Below, piece after piece: positions 6,387-14,437 of a DNA stretch of 15,739 nucleotides. The notes beneath the pieces were generated by a model. That model ran no database searches, was not told the origin of the DNA, and saw only the letters and a list, made by a program, of their open reading frames with translations. Position 1 is the first letter of the stretch; each line of letters begins with the position of its first letter. Source of the stretch: Patescibacteria group bacterium (lineage in GTDB: Bacteria > Patescibacteriota > Minisyncoccia > JAHIHE01 > JAGLIN01); contig JBAXYM010000028.1 of the NCBI GenBank assembly GCA_041670805.1, positions 1-15,739 on the forward strand, read 5' to 3'. The position numbers and the translations under genes were made by a program.

Positions 6387-7325
6387 ATGCCTACAATCAA
6401 CGAAACCCCGCTTACCCGTGCCGCAACCCAGATGAGCACAGAAATCATTCCTGTACTCAGAAACTCTCTTGTTGGCCGCCGGTTCATGAGCATCAACCCT
6501 TACATGAAAGGGGATGGTCTGACCAATCTAGAAGTTACTAAAATCTCTGACCTGTCGGACGCGTTTGTCCAGTATTCACTGCCAGACGGTTCGGAACATT
6601 CCGATTCACTGGTAGCATCTGCTGAAATCGTCAAAGTCCCGGTTCTGTTCAAGAACTTCTCGGTCAAGATGCAGGATATTCTCACATGGGAAAACCGTAC
6701 CGTATCCCCGGGGGCTACTAACAGCCTAGACTCTCTTACCTCTCTGACAGCGAGTCTCAAGGTAGCTGAGCAGGAAGAAGAGCTTCTGTTCAATGGCTGG
6801 AAACCCGATGGGACCACATATGCCATCAAAGGTATGAACCAGATTGCCGGAAACTCCGTTACTGGTGGGTCTATTGCAACTGCGGGAACGATGTATGGAT
6901 ACATCGGTGAAGCTATCGGTAAACTGATGGCAGATAAGGTAAAAGGTGAAGGCGATTCGTACAACCTCGCAATCACGTCCACCATCTACACGAAACTGAT
7001 CACTCGTATCATGACCAATGGTACCCCTGAAATTGAATACATCAAGAAACTGCTCGGGAACGGCAGCATCTATGTTACCGATACCCTCGCACTACAGGGA
7101 GGAAGCAGCAAGGAAGCAGCAATTGTTACCCCGGTCGATACCAGCAGGGTTCATTTCGAACTGCTGAACCCGGTCGACTACAAGATTGTTCTCGCAAACC
7201 CTGAGTTTGAAGGTCTTTCCCCGGTCAAGGGTGTGTCATACGAACTGATATCCCCATACTTCAAGCGTCTGAATTCAAGTTCATTATGTGACGCCGTCTG
7301 TAAAATTACCTCACTGGAAGTCTAG
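6387..7325 (+). CDS. Major capsid protein, 312 aa, no delta domain
   Basis: It has the strongest SD in the window: AAGGAGG 8 nt upstream of the ATG. Its size and position match an SPP1-type module: after scaffold and decoration, before the connector proteins. Family membership is not verified. Confidence 0.6.
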   Translation: MPTINETPLTRAATQMSTEIIPVLRNSLVGRRFMSINPYMKGDGLTNLEVTKISDLSDAFVQYSLPDGSEHSDSLVASAEIVKVPVLFKNFSVKMQDILTWENRTVSPGATNSLDSLTSLTASLKVAEQEEELLFNGWKPDGTTYAIKGMNQIAGNSVTGGSIATAGTMYGYIGEAIGKLMADKVKGEGDSYNLAITSTIYTKLITRIMTNGTPEIEYIKKLLGNGSIYVTDTLALQGGSSKEAAIVTPVDTSRVHFELLNPVDYKIVLANPEFEGLSPVKGVSYELISPYFKRLNSSSLCDAVCKITSLEV

Positions 7326-7335
7326 AGGCATTCCC

Positions 7336-7722
7336 GTGGTAACTGCTGCTGATGTGTTGTTATGGACGGATTTGACGATACCCGAGGTTATCGTCACTGC
7401 TTTCTCCGAGGATGCAGTTGAGCGTCTAATTCAGGACGGCGTAAACAACATCTCCGGCACAACACGAACAAAAGCCCTTTGTTACCTTGTTGCGGCGTCA
7501 TATCAGGCAAGAGGGGATTCGTCAGGATTCCAATCCGAAAACATAGGGGGATATAGTTACTCTAAAAAAGTAACTAAATCCTCAGTATCCCACTGGATTG
7601 ATCTGTATCATGAAATCCTACCGGAGACTGTAGCCGGGGGAGGGTCAGCATCGACAATGTCAGGGTCAGCCACACGTGTTGACACCACGGTTGTCGCTTT
7701 GAACTGGAGGGTCTTTAGATGA
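7336..7722 (+). CDS. Head-tail connector/adaptor protein, gp6-SPP1 gp15-like
   Basis: The GTG at 7336 is preceded by GAGG and does not overlap the capsid gene, unlike the track ATG at 7288, which lies inside it. The N-terminal pattern ...AADVLLWTDLTIPEVIVTAFSEDAVERLIQDGVNNISG... and the mid-region ...SENIGGYSYS... resemble the gp6-like head-tail connector family. The stop overlaps the next ATG (ATGA). Confidence 0.55.
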   Translation: MVTAADVLLWTDLTIPEVIVTAFSEDAVERLIQDGVNNISGTTRTKALCYLVAASYQARGDSSGFQSENIGGYSYSKKVTKSSVSHWIDLYHEILPETVAGGGSASTMSGSATRVDTTVVALNWRVFR

Positions 7723-8072
7723 ATAATCTTTTGTGCCACACTGCGGCAGTCAGCAAGAATGTTGACACTGTGGTCAATGGTCGAACAACGCATGTTGATA
7801 CCCCGCTTGGGTCTGTGTCGTGCCGGTTCACTCAGCCGAAAACATCTCTGGTCTCATTAGTCTCGACTGCCACAATAGAAAAGGTCGATGCCGTCATTTT
7901 TACCGGTCCGGATTATCTGGGTCTGGTTGGAACCACTATCCCAATCAAACTGGTAACAACCGATGAAGGATGGAGTGGTACATACACCATGAAATATCCT
8001 CCTCGTGTATATTCGGGATATGGCAACTCGGTCCACCACGTTGAGTTTGATGTGTGGAAGATGGTTGCATGA
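7719..8072 (+). CDS. Head closure / head-tail joining protein, SPP1 gp16-like
   Basis: 117 aa, directly after the connector gene with an ATGA overlap. Size and position match. Motif-level support is weak. Confidence 0.45.
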   Translation: MNNLLCHTAAVSKNVDTVVNGRTTHVDTPLGSVSCRFTQPKTSLVSLVSTATIEKVDAVIFTGPDYLGLVGTTIPIKLVTTDEGWSGTYTMKYPPRVYSGYGNSVHHVEFDVWKMVA

Positions 8073-8392
8073 CCGAAGATATCTGCGCACGGGAAAGCCT
8101 TGCTCGTCAACAGGGTTGTATCGAAGCCATGCAAGACGACATACACGAACTAAAAGAGGGTGTTATCGCCCTCCGACACGACTCTCAGGAGACGTGGAAG
8201 GTAGTCAACCGTATTGAGGCAAAGATGGACGCTGAATCCCATAAGCGTCAGGATTGCTCCCATAATGCGGATGGTTCTGACCAATCGTCTTCGGATATAA
8301 CCCTGTCAATCAAACAGGTTGTAATTCTAGTTGCGGCATTCGTATTTGTAATCCTGCTTGTGCTTGGCTATGATATCGGGGCGTTCATCTGA
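8069..8392 (+). CDS. Small tail-anchored membrane protein, 107 aa from the ATG at 8069: N-terminal coiled-coil-like soluble part and a single C-terminal transmembrane helix
   Basis: The ATG overlaps the upstream stop (ATGA). The C-terminal segment VVILVAAFVFVILLVLGYDIGAFI is a clear hydrophobic helix that ends the protein. It is the only sizeable ORF covering 8073-8392. No family recognised. Confidence 0.45.
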   Translation: MTEDICARESLARQQGCIEAMQDDIHELKEGVIALRHDSQETWKVVNRIEAKMDAESHKRQDCSHNADGSDQSSSDITLSIKQVVILVAAFVFVILLVLGYDIGAFI

Positions 8393-8393
8393 T

Positions 8394-8798
8394 ATGGTCA
8401 AACGTGAGAACAAGGACGGATTCAAGCGAATCAAGGCGAAGTTCGAGAGTGAACTCCCGGACCTCTGTCTTCGGTCTATGCTAATCGTGGAGTCCGAGGC
8501 TAAGAGGATAGTCTATCTCGGTCATGAGGCGGGTCACCTCAAAAGACAGTCCGGTGACCTTGGTCGGTCTATAACCACCGAATCCGAGTTGAAAGGACGT
8601 ACGGTCAGAACGGTAACAGGAACGAACCTTGTCTATGCCAGAATCCACGAACTAGGAGACGTCCGGTATGAGGAAGGGGTCAACAAATACATCCCCCCAA
8701 GACCGTATCTTACCCCCGCGTTTGTCGCTAAGAAAGATGATGTTAGGGACAAACTCCGCACCCTGGTCAAGAACCTAATCAAGGAGGAATCACTATGA
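8394..8798 (+). CDS. HK97 gp10-family protein, a tail completion/head-tail joining component
   Basis: ...TGTNLVYARIHELGDVRYEEGVNKYIPPRPYLTPAFV... matches the HK97 gp10 family signature: vgtnv.YA..vEfGt ... P.PflrpA. The start is taken at the ATG at 8394, just after the upstream stop; the track start 8358 overlaps the upstream gene. Confidence 0.65.
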   Translation: MVKRENKDGFKRIKAKFESELPDLCLRSMLIVESEAKRIVYLGHEAGHLKRQSGDLGRSITTESELKGRTVRTVTGTNLVYARIHELGDVRYEEGVNKYIPPRPYLTPAFVAKKDDVRDKLRTLVKNLIKEESL

Positions 8799-9172
8799 CC
8801 TTAGATGTATCATCCATTATTGCGGCACGTATCGCAAGCGCTAACATATCAAACCTATTGGTCCTTATCCCTGATGGTGAGACCCCTGTAATGTTCCCCT
8901 GTGTTTTGATATCCGAAACAACGGAAGTTGGCAACACATGGGAAGGTGCTTGGTCTTCATCCTACGTCGTGTCTTGCATCACCAAATCCGATCTGGAGAG
9001 TAAAGCGTTGGCGATACAAGTCCGCGCCCTTCTAGACGGGTGGGGCGGAAATGGGATAGAAGACATCCATCACGAATCGACCATCCCGACAAGGAACGAT
9101 GCCACAAACCCCGTATCGTTCTCGCGAACAATGACACTGATAGTAACCTATCAGGATTTGAAATCACCATGA
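8795..9172 (+). CDS. Tail terminator / tail completion protein, gpU-gp17-like
   Basis: 125 aa with ATGA overlaps on both sides, immediately upstream of the major tail protein gene. The N-terminal pattern ...IIAARIASANISNLLVLIPDGETPVMFPCVLI... is typical of tail terminators. Confidence 0.45.
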   Translation: MTLDVSSIIAARIASANISNLLVLIPDGETPVMFPCVLISETTEVGNTWEGAWSSSYVVSCITKSDLESKALAIQVRALLDGWGGNGIEDIHHESTIPTRNDATNPVSFSRTMTLIVTYQDLKSP

Positions 9173-9987
9173 CAAATCAGTATGAAAACATCAAGGACCT
9201 GAAATTCGGGTCAGCCGACGTGCGTGTGGCCCTCTACACTGACACGGAAGCCACAATGAGCACTGCAACCTCTATCGGAATGCTGGACGGAATCACGTTC
9301 AACGTTTCGGGAGATGAAACACTTATCGAGACGGACAACACCGAAGATATCGATATGGGACCAACCAACGTGAAGGTAGTTATCGCCGCTTCTGCGTGGA
9401 AGAACATCGACATTGACGTCCTGAACATGATTACCGGTCGTATTGGAACCGTCACCTCAACTCCGGCGTCAACCCCTGTTAGTATTGTTGATGAACCCCA
9501 CACACTGACGGGTGAAATCTCCCAGCGTCTCGCACACAAGAACGGGGTTACCCCGACACTAGTCACTGCAATAACCGTAACCCAGGGCGGCACTGCTGCG
9601 GTCTTAGATACCGATTACATTATCGGACTGGACAAAGAAGGATACACGACTATTGCCGCAATCTCGGGGTCTGATGTAATCACCTCCGGTGAAACAGTAT
9701 TAGTTGACTACACCTATACCCCTCTTGCCTCTAAGAAGATTACATTCGGCACATCCACTGTACCGGTGTATCTCCACGTGTGGATAGTGAATACCAACTC
9801 GGCGGGTAAAAGTTTCGCACTTGAAATCTACAAAGTCAGGTCTATGAACTCGGTTGAGTTCACCTTCGGGTCTGACAAGAAGCGCGATCTCTTACAGATG
9901 CCGGTAACCATCACTGGTATTGAAGATAGATCAAGACCAGCTGATGATTCCCTGTATTCGGTAATCGATGAAGTCACGGTGGCATAA
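9169..9987 (+). CDS. Major tail (tube) protein, 272 aa from the ATG at 9169
   Basis: The ATG overlaps the upstream stop (ATGA). The track start at 9040 lies inside the previous gene in the same frame. The position immediately upstream of the G/GT chaperone pair and the tape measure gene is canonical. Confidence 0.6.
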   Translation: MTNQYENIKDLKFGSADVRVALYTDTEATMSTATSIGMLDGITFNVSGDETLIETDNTEDIDMGPTNVKVVIAASAWKNIDIDVLNMITGRIGTVTSTPASTPVSIVDEPHTLTGEISQRLAHKNGVTPTLVTAITVTQGGTAAVLDTDYIIGLDKEGYTTIAAISGSDVITSGETVLVDYTYTPLASKKITFGTSTVPVYLHVWIVNTNSAGKSFALEIYKVRSMNSVEFTFGSDKKRDLLQMPVTITGIEDRSRPADDSLYSVIDEVTVA

Positions 9988-9989
9988 CC

Positions 9990-10331
9990 ATGCCCACCTA
10001 TGATTTTTCAACCGGAGAGGATGAACCAGCAATCTTTAAATTTGGGAAGGGTTCTGATACGGTAGAAGTAGACTTGACTTTTGTCTCTCCTCAGGTTGCA
10101 TTCGACTTTGTCATGTTTGTGAAAAACACCCGTGATAGAGTCAATAAAGGGGAAATCAAACAGGTAGAGGTCATGGCAGAAGCCATTGCTTTAGTTTCGA
10201 ATGGCGTCACATCCCCCCATAGTATTGACAAGGAGTGGCTCCTCAAGAACGTAAAACTAGGTCCTCTTGCGAAAGCATTTTCCGTGATATACGAGTGTGC
10301 TTCCGGGGATTCGGCGTCTGAAAAAAACTGA
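9990..10331 (+). CDS. Tail assembly chaperone, gpG-like
   Basis: 113 aa, directly between the major tail and tape measure genes. It ends ...SEKN* with an A-run slippery site just before the stop. GGTGG precedes the ATG. Confidence 0.7.
   Translation: MPTYDFSTGEDEPAIFKFGKGSDTVEVDLTFVSPQVAFDFVMFVKNTRDRVNKGEIKQVEVMAEAIALVSNGVTSPHSIDKEWLLKNVKLGPLAKAFSVIYECASGDSASEKN
10322..10328 (+). other. Slippery heptamer A_AAA_AAC for a -1 programmed ribosomal frameshift
   Basis: The X XXY YYZ motif lies in the 0 frame of the 9990 ORF, 1 nt before its stop at 10329-10331. The -1 frame has a TGA at 10319-10321 and is then open from 10322 to 10654. My visual base count of the A-run differs by one from the count implied by the provided translation, and I followed the ORF track. 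Confidence 0.6.
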
Positions 10332-10654
10332 GATTACCCTCGGCTGATTATCTGAACATAATCATCCCCGTCTGTCAGGTGTTCGGATGGACCCCCGATG
10401 AAATCAACCGGAGACTTACCTTGACTGAACTTATGATTTATCACCGTTCTGCTGTAGAATCGCAACGACGAGACCGTGAAGAAATCGCTATGCTTACGGC
10501 CATAACCATGAATGGAAAGTTAGGCGAGTATCTATCTAAGAGTAAGAGGGAAGGAAGACAGACTCCCGACCGCGTGGACGAGTCCCCTGATATTGAGGGG
10601 TTCCGGTCATTGTGCGGGGCACATTTTAAGAAATCATCATCAAAGGAGACCTAA
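10322..10654 (+). CDS. Tail assembly chaperone T-like extension, expressed as a G-T fusion by a -1 frameshift; the track shows its GTG-started part from 10379
   Basis: The frame is -1 relative to the 9990 ORF and open from the slippery site to a stop at 10652-10654, which overlaps the tape measure ATG. The predicted junction is ...SEK-K-LRLPSADYLNIIIPVCQVFGWTPDEINRR... Confidence 0.55.
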   Translation, partial: KKLRLPSADYLNIIIPVCQVFGWTPDEINRRLTLTELMIYHRSAVESQRRDREEIAMLTAITMNGKLGEYLSKSKREGRQTPDRVDESPDIEGFRSLCGAHFKKSSSKET

Positions 10655-13209
10655 TGCCAGACACAGTAGTTGACCGGATGGTTGTCGAACTTGAAACCAA
10701 TCTCGATGAAGCATTACGAGGATTTGACAAAGCGGAACAGGCGTCTGATGATCTTGAACGGCAACTTGAGGATGTTGAAAAACAGTCGAAAAAGACCGCT
10801 ACATCTATAGATAAGGCGGGGTCAGAATCAAAAGGCACTGCAAAAGATGTAGATAAACTGACGAAATCAGCGAAGGATGAGGGGACGGCTGCCAAGAACG
10901 CAGGGGACAAAACCGAACAAGCCGGTAATGAAATCGAGAAAACAGGTAATAAATCCAAGAATGCCGCAAATAAAAACGAGTCCCTCATAACGTCGTTTAA
11001 GAACATGTCTATCGGGGGGGTCGCGGTTATTGCCGCTATTACCGCAATTGTTACGGCGGTTATAAAAATCGGGGAAGCTGCGGTAGAGTCTGCGACAAAG
11101 TTCGAAAAGTCCATGGCGCAGATACAGATTGCTACCGGAGCGACCGGCGCAAATCTCGAGGGACTTGAGGATGTCATCAGTAATATCTACGGGTCATTCC
11201 CCGCGGATATTGAGACCATTACCACGGTTGTCGGGGATCTGAACACCGCATATGGATTGCAGGGAGACGAGTTAGAATCACTGTCAAGGACATACTTATC
11301 CCTCGCAAAGGTAACTGGGGGTGATGTATCCAGTCAGATTGAAACCACGAGGGAAATATTCAACAAGTTTGGAGTGGCTGTCGAAGACCAAGCTGAATAT
11401 CTCGCCTACTTCAACGACGTATCTCAGGATACAGGTGTTGGATTAGAAGACCTCCTATCTCTGCTTGCAGAAGGGGACCGGGGATTTCAGCTATTGGGAT
11501 TGGACGCGAAACAATCTGCCGACGTTATCGGCAATGCGGTTAAAAAGGATAGTCTGTCCTCGGCTCAAGAACTGGTTACCGCGTTGGAAACCGGTCTGGC
11601 AAAAATAGCTGGAACATCTGAGGCGGTGGTAAAGTCTACTGAAACTGCATTAGCCTCCGCAAACGAAGAGTATGCGAAGATAGTTTCGTCTGATACTACG
11701 GATGCTATCGATGCGGCACTACTATCTAAGGAAAAAGCAATAGAGGCATACAATACTGCCATCGCATCTGGTGATGTTAGTGCATTATCCTCGACCTCTG
11801 CGGCACTATACACTGCCAATGAGGTATATGAAGCGGCTATCCAAGATAGAACGGATGCTATCACAGAGGCTAAGAACAACCAGATAAAAGCCCAGAAAGA
11901 ATACGATACCGCATTAGTCGGGATATCGGGGAGCGCGATAGAATCCGAACTGCTGAGGACTATCGAGCTGATGAAACAGGCTGAGACCGAAGGGGATGCT
12001 CTTGTCATAGGTATGGATGTGTTTGGCAGGACACTCAGCGGGAAAGTGGCCGGGGCATTGTTTGGGGGAGTTCTGGATGTTGACCTAACGGAGTCTACAT
12101 ACGAGAGTATCAAATCGATTGAGCAACTTGTCGAAGAGACAATCACTCTGGACGATAAGATGCTCATGCTCAAAGCGGATGTTGATAAAGCTCTTAGACC
12201 TTTGGGGGATATACTGCTTGATGAATTTGACAAAGCCCAGCCGTCCATAGAAAAGGCCTTATACTGGGTTAACTTGTTCTTTGAGAACTTCGACAAGGTT
12301 AAGGAGATTGGCGTAACATTCATCCCAATGTTCCACATTATGGATACTCTATCCGGATGGTTCTCTGAAAACGGGTCTGAGGTCATTGAGTATCTGGTCA
12401 TCATCCTATCGAAGATGAATGATATTGGGGGCGACAGTGGAGGGGTAATGAACATACTGCAAACCATCTGGGGTTTCGTCGACACCTACATCTTAACGAT
12501 GCTGGATTCTCTTATGATATTCCTTGCGCTTCTTGCAGGGGATACGGATACCGCACTACTAAAAACATACGAAGTCGCGATAAGATGGGGCAATACATTC
12601 GGGAAACTGGTCGAAGGCGGTATCAATGGGATATTAGGGCAGATAAGCAACGCGGGGAATTCGGTTCTTGATTTTACCGATAGTATCGCGAATGGGGTTA
12701 TAGACCTGTTTGAAGGGGCGGTCAATTCGGTGATTAATGCGATAAACTCCATGATATCCGCATATAATTCCGTGGCGAGCGCACTTAGTATGCCTACCCT
12801 ATCTTTGATATCTACGGTTAAATTCGAGGATGTGAAACACGAAGAAATAGATCTAGAATATTCGGGCATTAGTGATGCATTGTCACAGATGGAACAGAAA
12901 TATGCCGATTTACAGTCAGAGGTTGATTACCGCAAGGAGTTAAGCGCCGCACTGAAAGAGGCGGAAAAATCAGGTGATACTAGTAAGGCAGAAGAAATCA
13001 AAACTATAATTGAACAGCTCAATGTCTCGGGATTACTGAGCGGAACGAGTACCGATACAGAAGACTCAGACATTTACACCCAGGCGAATACTTCGCAGGG
13101 GGTAGTTATTCAGGGAGACCTGGTTGTTAACTCCCCTGCCGCGGATGCTACTACAATGATGAACACGACAAAACGCACACTCCGTAATCTCGGAACACAG
13201 GTGGTCTAA
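10654..13209 (+). CDS. Tape measure protein, 851 aa
   Basis: It is the largest gene and follows the chaperone pair. The N-terminal region is K/E/A-rich and coiled-coil-like. There is a hydrophobic segment (MSIGGVAVIAAITAIVTAVIKIG) and ~27-aa periodic repeats (EEYAKI / EAYNTAI / EVYEAAI / KEYDTAL). It is low-complexity Ala/Ser/Thr-rich throughout, and AGGAG lies 7 nt upstream. Confidence 0.85.
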   Translation: MPDTVVDRMVVELETNLDEALRGFDKAEQASDDLERQLEDVEKQSKKTATSIDKAGSESKGTAKDVDKLTKSAKDEGTAAKNAGDKTEQAGNEIEKTGNKSKNAANKNESLITSFKNMSIGGVAVIAAITAIVTAVIKIGEAAVESATKFEKSMAQIQIATGATGANLEGLEDVISNIYGSFPADIETITTVVGDLNTAYGLQGDELESLSRTYLSLAKVTGGDVSSQIETTREIFNKFGVAVEDQAEYLAYFNDVSQDTGVGLEDLLSLLAEGDRGFQLLGLDAKQSADVIGNAVKKDSLSSAQELVTALETGLAKIAGTSEAVVKSTETALASANEEYAKIVSSDTTDAIDAALLSKEKAIEAYNTAIASGDVSALSSTSAALYTANEVYEAAIQDRTDAITEAKNNQIKAQKEYDTALVGISGSAIESELLRTIELMKQAETEGDALVIGMDVFGRTLSGKVAGALFGGVLDVDLTESTYESIKSIEQLVEETITLDDKMLMLKADVDKALRPLGDILLDEFDKAQPSIEKALYWVNLFFENFDKVKEIGVTFIPMFHIMDTLSGWFSENGSEVIEYLVIILSKMNDIGGDSGGVMNILQTIWGFVDTYILTMLDSLMIFLALLAGDTDTALLKTYEVAIRWGNTFGKLVEGGINGILGQISNAGNSVLDFTDSIANGVIDLFEGAVNSVINAINSMISAYNSVASALSMPTLSLISTVKFEDVKHEEIDLEYSGISDALSQMEQKYADLQSEVDYRKELSAALKEAEKSGDTSKAEEIKTIIEQLNVSGLLSGTSTDTEDSDIYTQANTSQGVVIQGDLVVNSPAADATTMMNTTKRTLRNLGTQVV

Positions 13210-14087
13210 TGTATCTTGAATGGACCGGTTACAACGGTGATACTCTAGTGATTGCCGACCCGTCGTTCTCTATCCCAACACCTCCGTTTAGGTACATAAC
13301 TTTGGATGGATTCGGGGGCCCGGATTATGACATCCAAACATTACGTGGAGCATATCAGGATGGGGCTGCCGTTCAGAATGTCCGACTGATGCCACGGAAT
13401 TTGATGATCCGGTTCCTCATTACCTCCGCCAATCGTGAAGATGTTGAGCTGAAACGTAAGAAAGTGGCTACAGCGTTCAATACACGGTATGGGTATGGTA
13501 CACTCATCTGGACTCAGGAGAGCGGGGAGAGATATGGTCTGAGATGCTGGACTCAATCCGGCTCACCGCAGTTTATATCGGGTCGAAAATCCCAAGGTAA
13601 AGTATGGCAAGAGGTTACTGTGGACCTCGTAGCCCCCGACCCGTGCTGGTATGATGCTGATGCTGAGACACTATTGATTTCATCTAATACGGGTGGATTG
13701 TCATTTCCGGCTTCATTCCCAGCCTCATTCGGTGTTGCTGGGTCTACACTTGAAATCATGAATACGGGGGATATCGCATCACCAATCCATGTAGAAATCC
13801 CCGGTCCCTGCACAAACCCGAATCTGGAGAACTTATCAACAAATGAGATAATCAGTCTTACTCTTGCGGTGGCTGATGGTGAGACAGTTGTCATCGACAC
13901 CACTTATAGTGCTTTGTATTGCCGTATCCGGTCACCATCTGGAACTGAGAGCAATGCCATGCAGTATCTTACAGACGATTCTACGTTCTGGCAGATTATT
14001 CCCGGCATAAACATCGTGACCTACACTGCGGCAAGCGGGTCCGGAACAGTCACGATAAAATGTCCATCCCGCTATACAGGTATTTGA
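13209..14087 (+). CDS. Distal tail protein, Dit-like
   Basis: TAATG overlap with the tape measure stop. The N-terminus MYLEWTGYNGDTLVIADPSF...LDGFGGPDY fits the siphovirus Dit pattern: an aromatic start, then x-G, then P..P, then dG.gG. 292 aa and in the canonical position after the tape measure gene. Confidence 0.6.
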   Translation: MYLEWTGYNGDTLVIADPSFSIPTPPFRYITLDGFGGPDYDIQTLRGAYQDGAAVQNVRLMPRNLMIRFLITSANREDVELKRKKVATAFNTRYGYGTLIWTQESGERYGLRCWTQSGSPQFISGRKSQGKVWQEVTVDLVAPDPCWYDADAETLLISSNTGGLSFPASFPASFGVAGSTLEIMNTGDIASPIHVEIPGPCTNPNLENLSTNEIISLTLAVADGETVVIDTTYSALYCRIRSPSGTESNAMQYLTDDSTFWQIIPGINIVTYTAASGSGTVTIKCPSRYTGI

Positions 14088-14089
14088 CC

Positions 14090-14437
14090 ATGACCGTTAA
14101 TCTAAACTCAGAAGGGTATGAAGCTCTTAGAGAGCGAACTCCCGTCATCGAATGGTATGCAGAACTCCAAACAACCGCAGGTGTAGCCGTACATGGGAGA
14201 TATTCTCTTGTTTCTACCAGAACCTCATCTGTGGATGTAACCCCAATGACATTTTCCATAACAGTTTCCGGGTCGGATGTGACCCTCCCTTGTTTGATTG
14301 AAAAGGTACGACTCTATGAAGCCTCCACCGGGGGAGACCCGTTATGCGACGCTGAAACAATATCCCCATTGTTGCTTGCACTTGCGGGAGACCAAGGGAC
14401 GGTAGTTCTGACGATAACTCTACCGGCGGTGGTGTAG
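14090..14437 (+). CDS. Hypothetical small tail-associated protein, 115 aa from the ATG at 14090
   Basis: The ATG lies 2 nt after the Dit stop; the track start at 14060 lies inside Dit. Thr/Val/Ser-rich. No motif. Confidence 0.4.
   Translation: MTVNLNSEGYEALRERTPVIEWYAELQTTAGVAVHGRYSLVSTRTSSVDVTPMTFSITVSGSDVTLPCLIEKVRLYEASTGGDPLCDAETISPLLLALAGDQGTVVLTITLPAVV

Noticed and set aside
8005-8217. 70-aa Arg-rich plus-strand ORF overlapping the head-closure gene and the membrane-protein gene
   Set aside because: It is an out-of-frame overlap of two better-supported genes. The Arg/Ser/Thr/Cys-rich composition is typical of an alternative-frame artefact.
7288-9172. Track ORF starts at 7288, 8358 and 9040, which overlap the upstream genes by 38-130 nt
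   Set aside because: Downstream in-frame starts at 7336 (GTG with GAGG), 8394 and 9169 abut or overlap the upstream stop codons in the ATGA pattern used throughout the cluster. They avoid long gene overlaps.
10626-12485. Long minus-strand ORFs of 183 aa and 306 aa inside the tape measure gene
   Set aside because: They are antisense to a strongly supported 851-aa gene. Their products are extreme Ser/Ala/Ile low-complexity, mirroring the sense-strand codon bias. They have no RBS context.
12486-12869. 127-aa minus-strand ORF inside the tape measure gene
   Set aside because: Same reasoning: antisense to the tape measure protein and compositionally driven.
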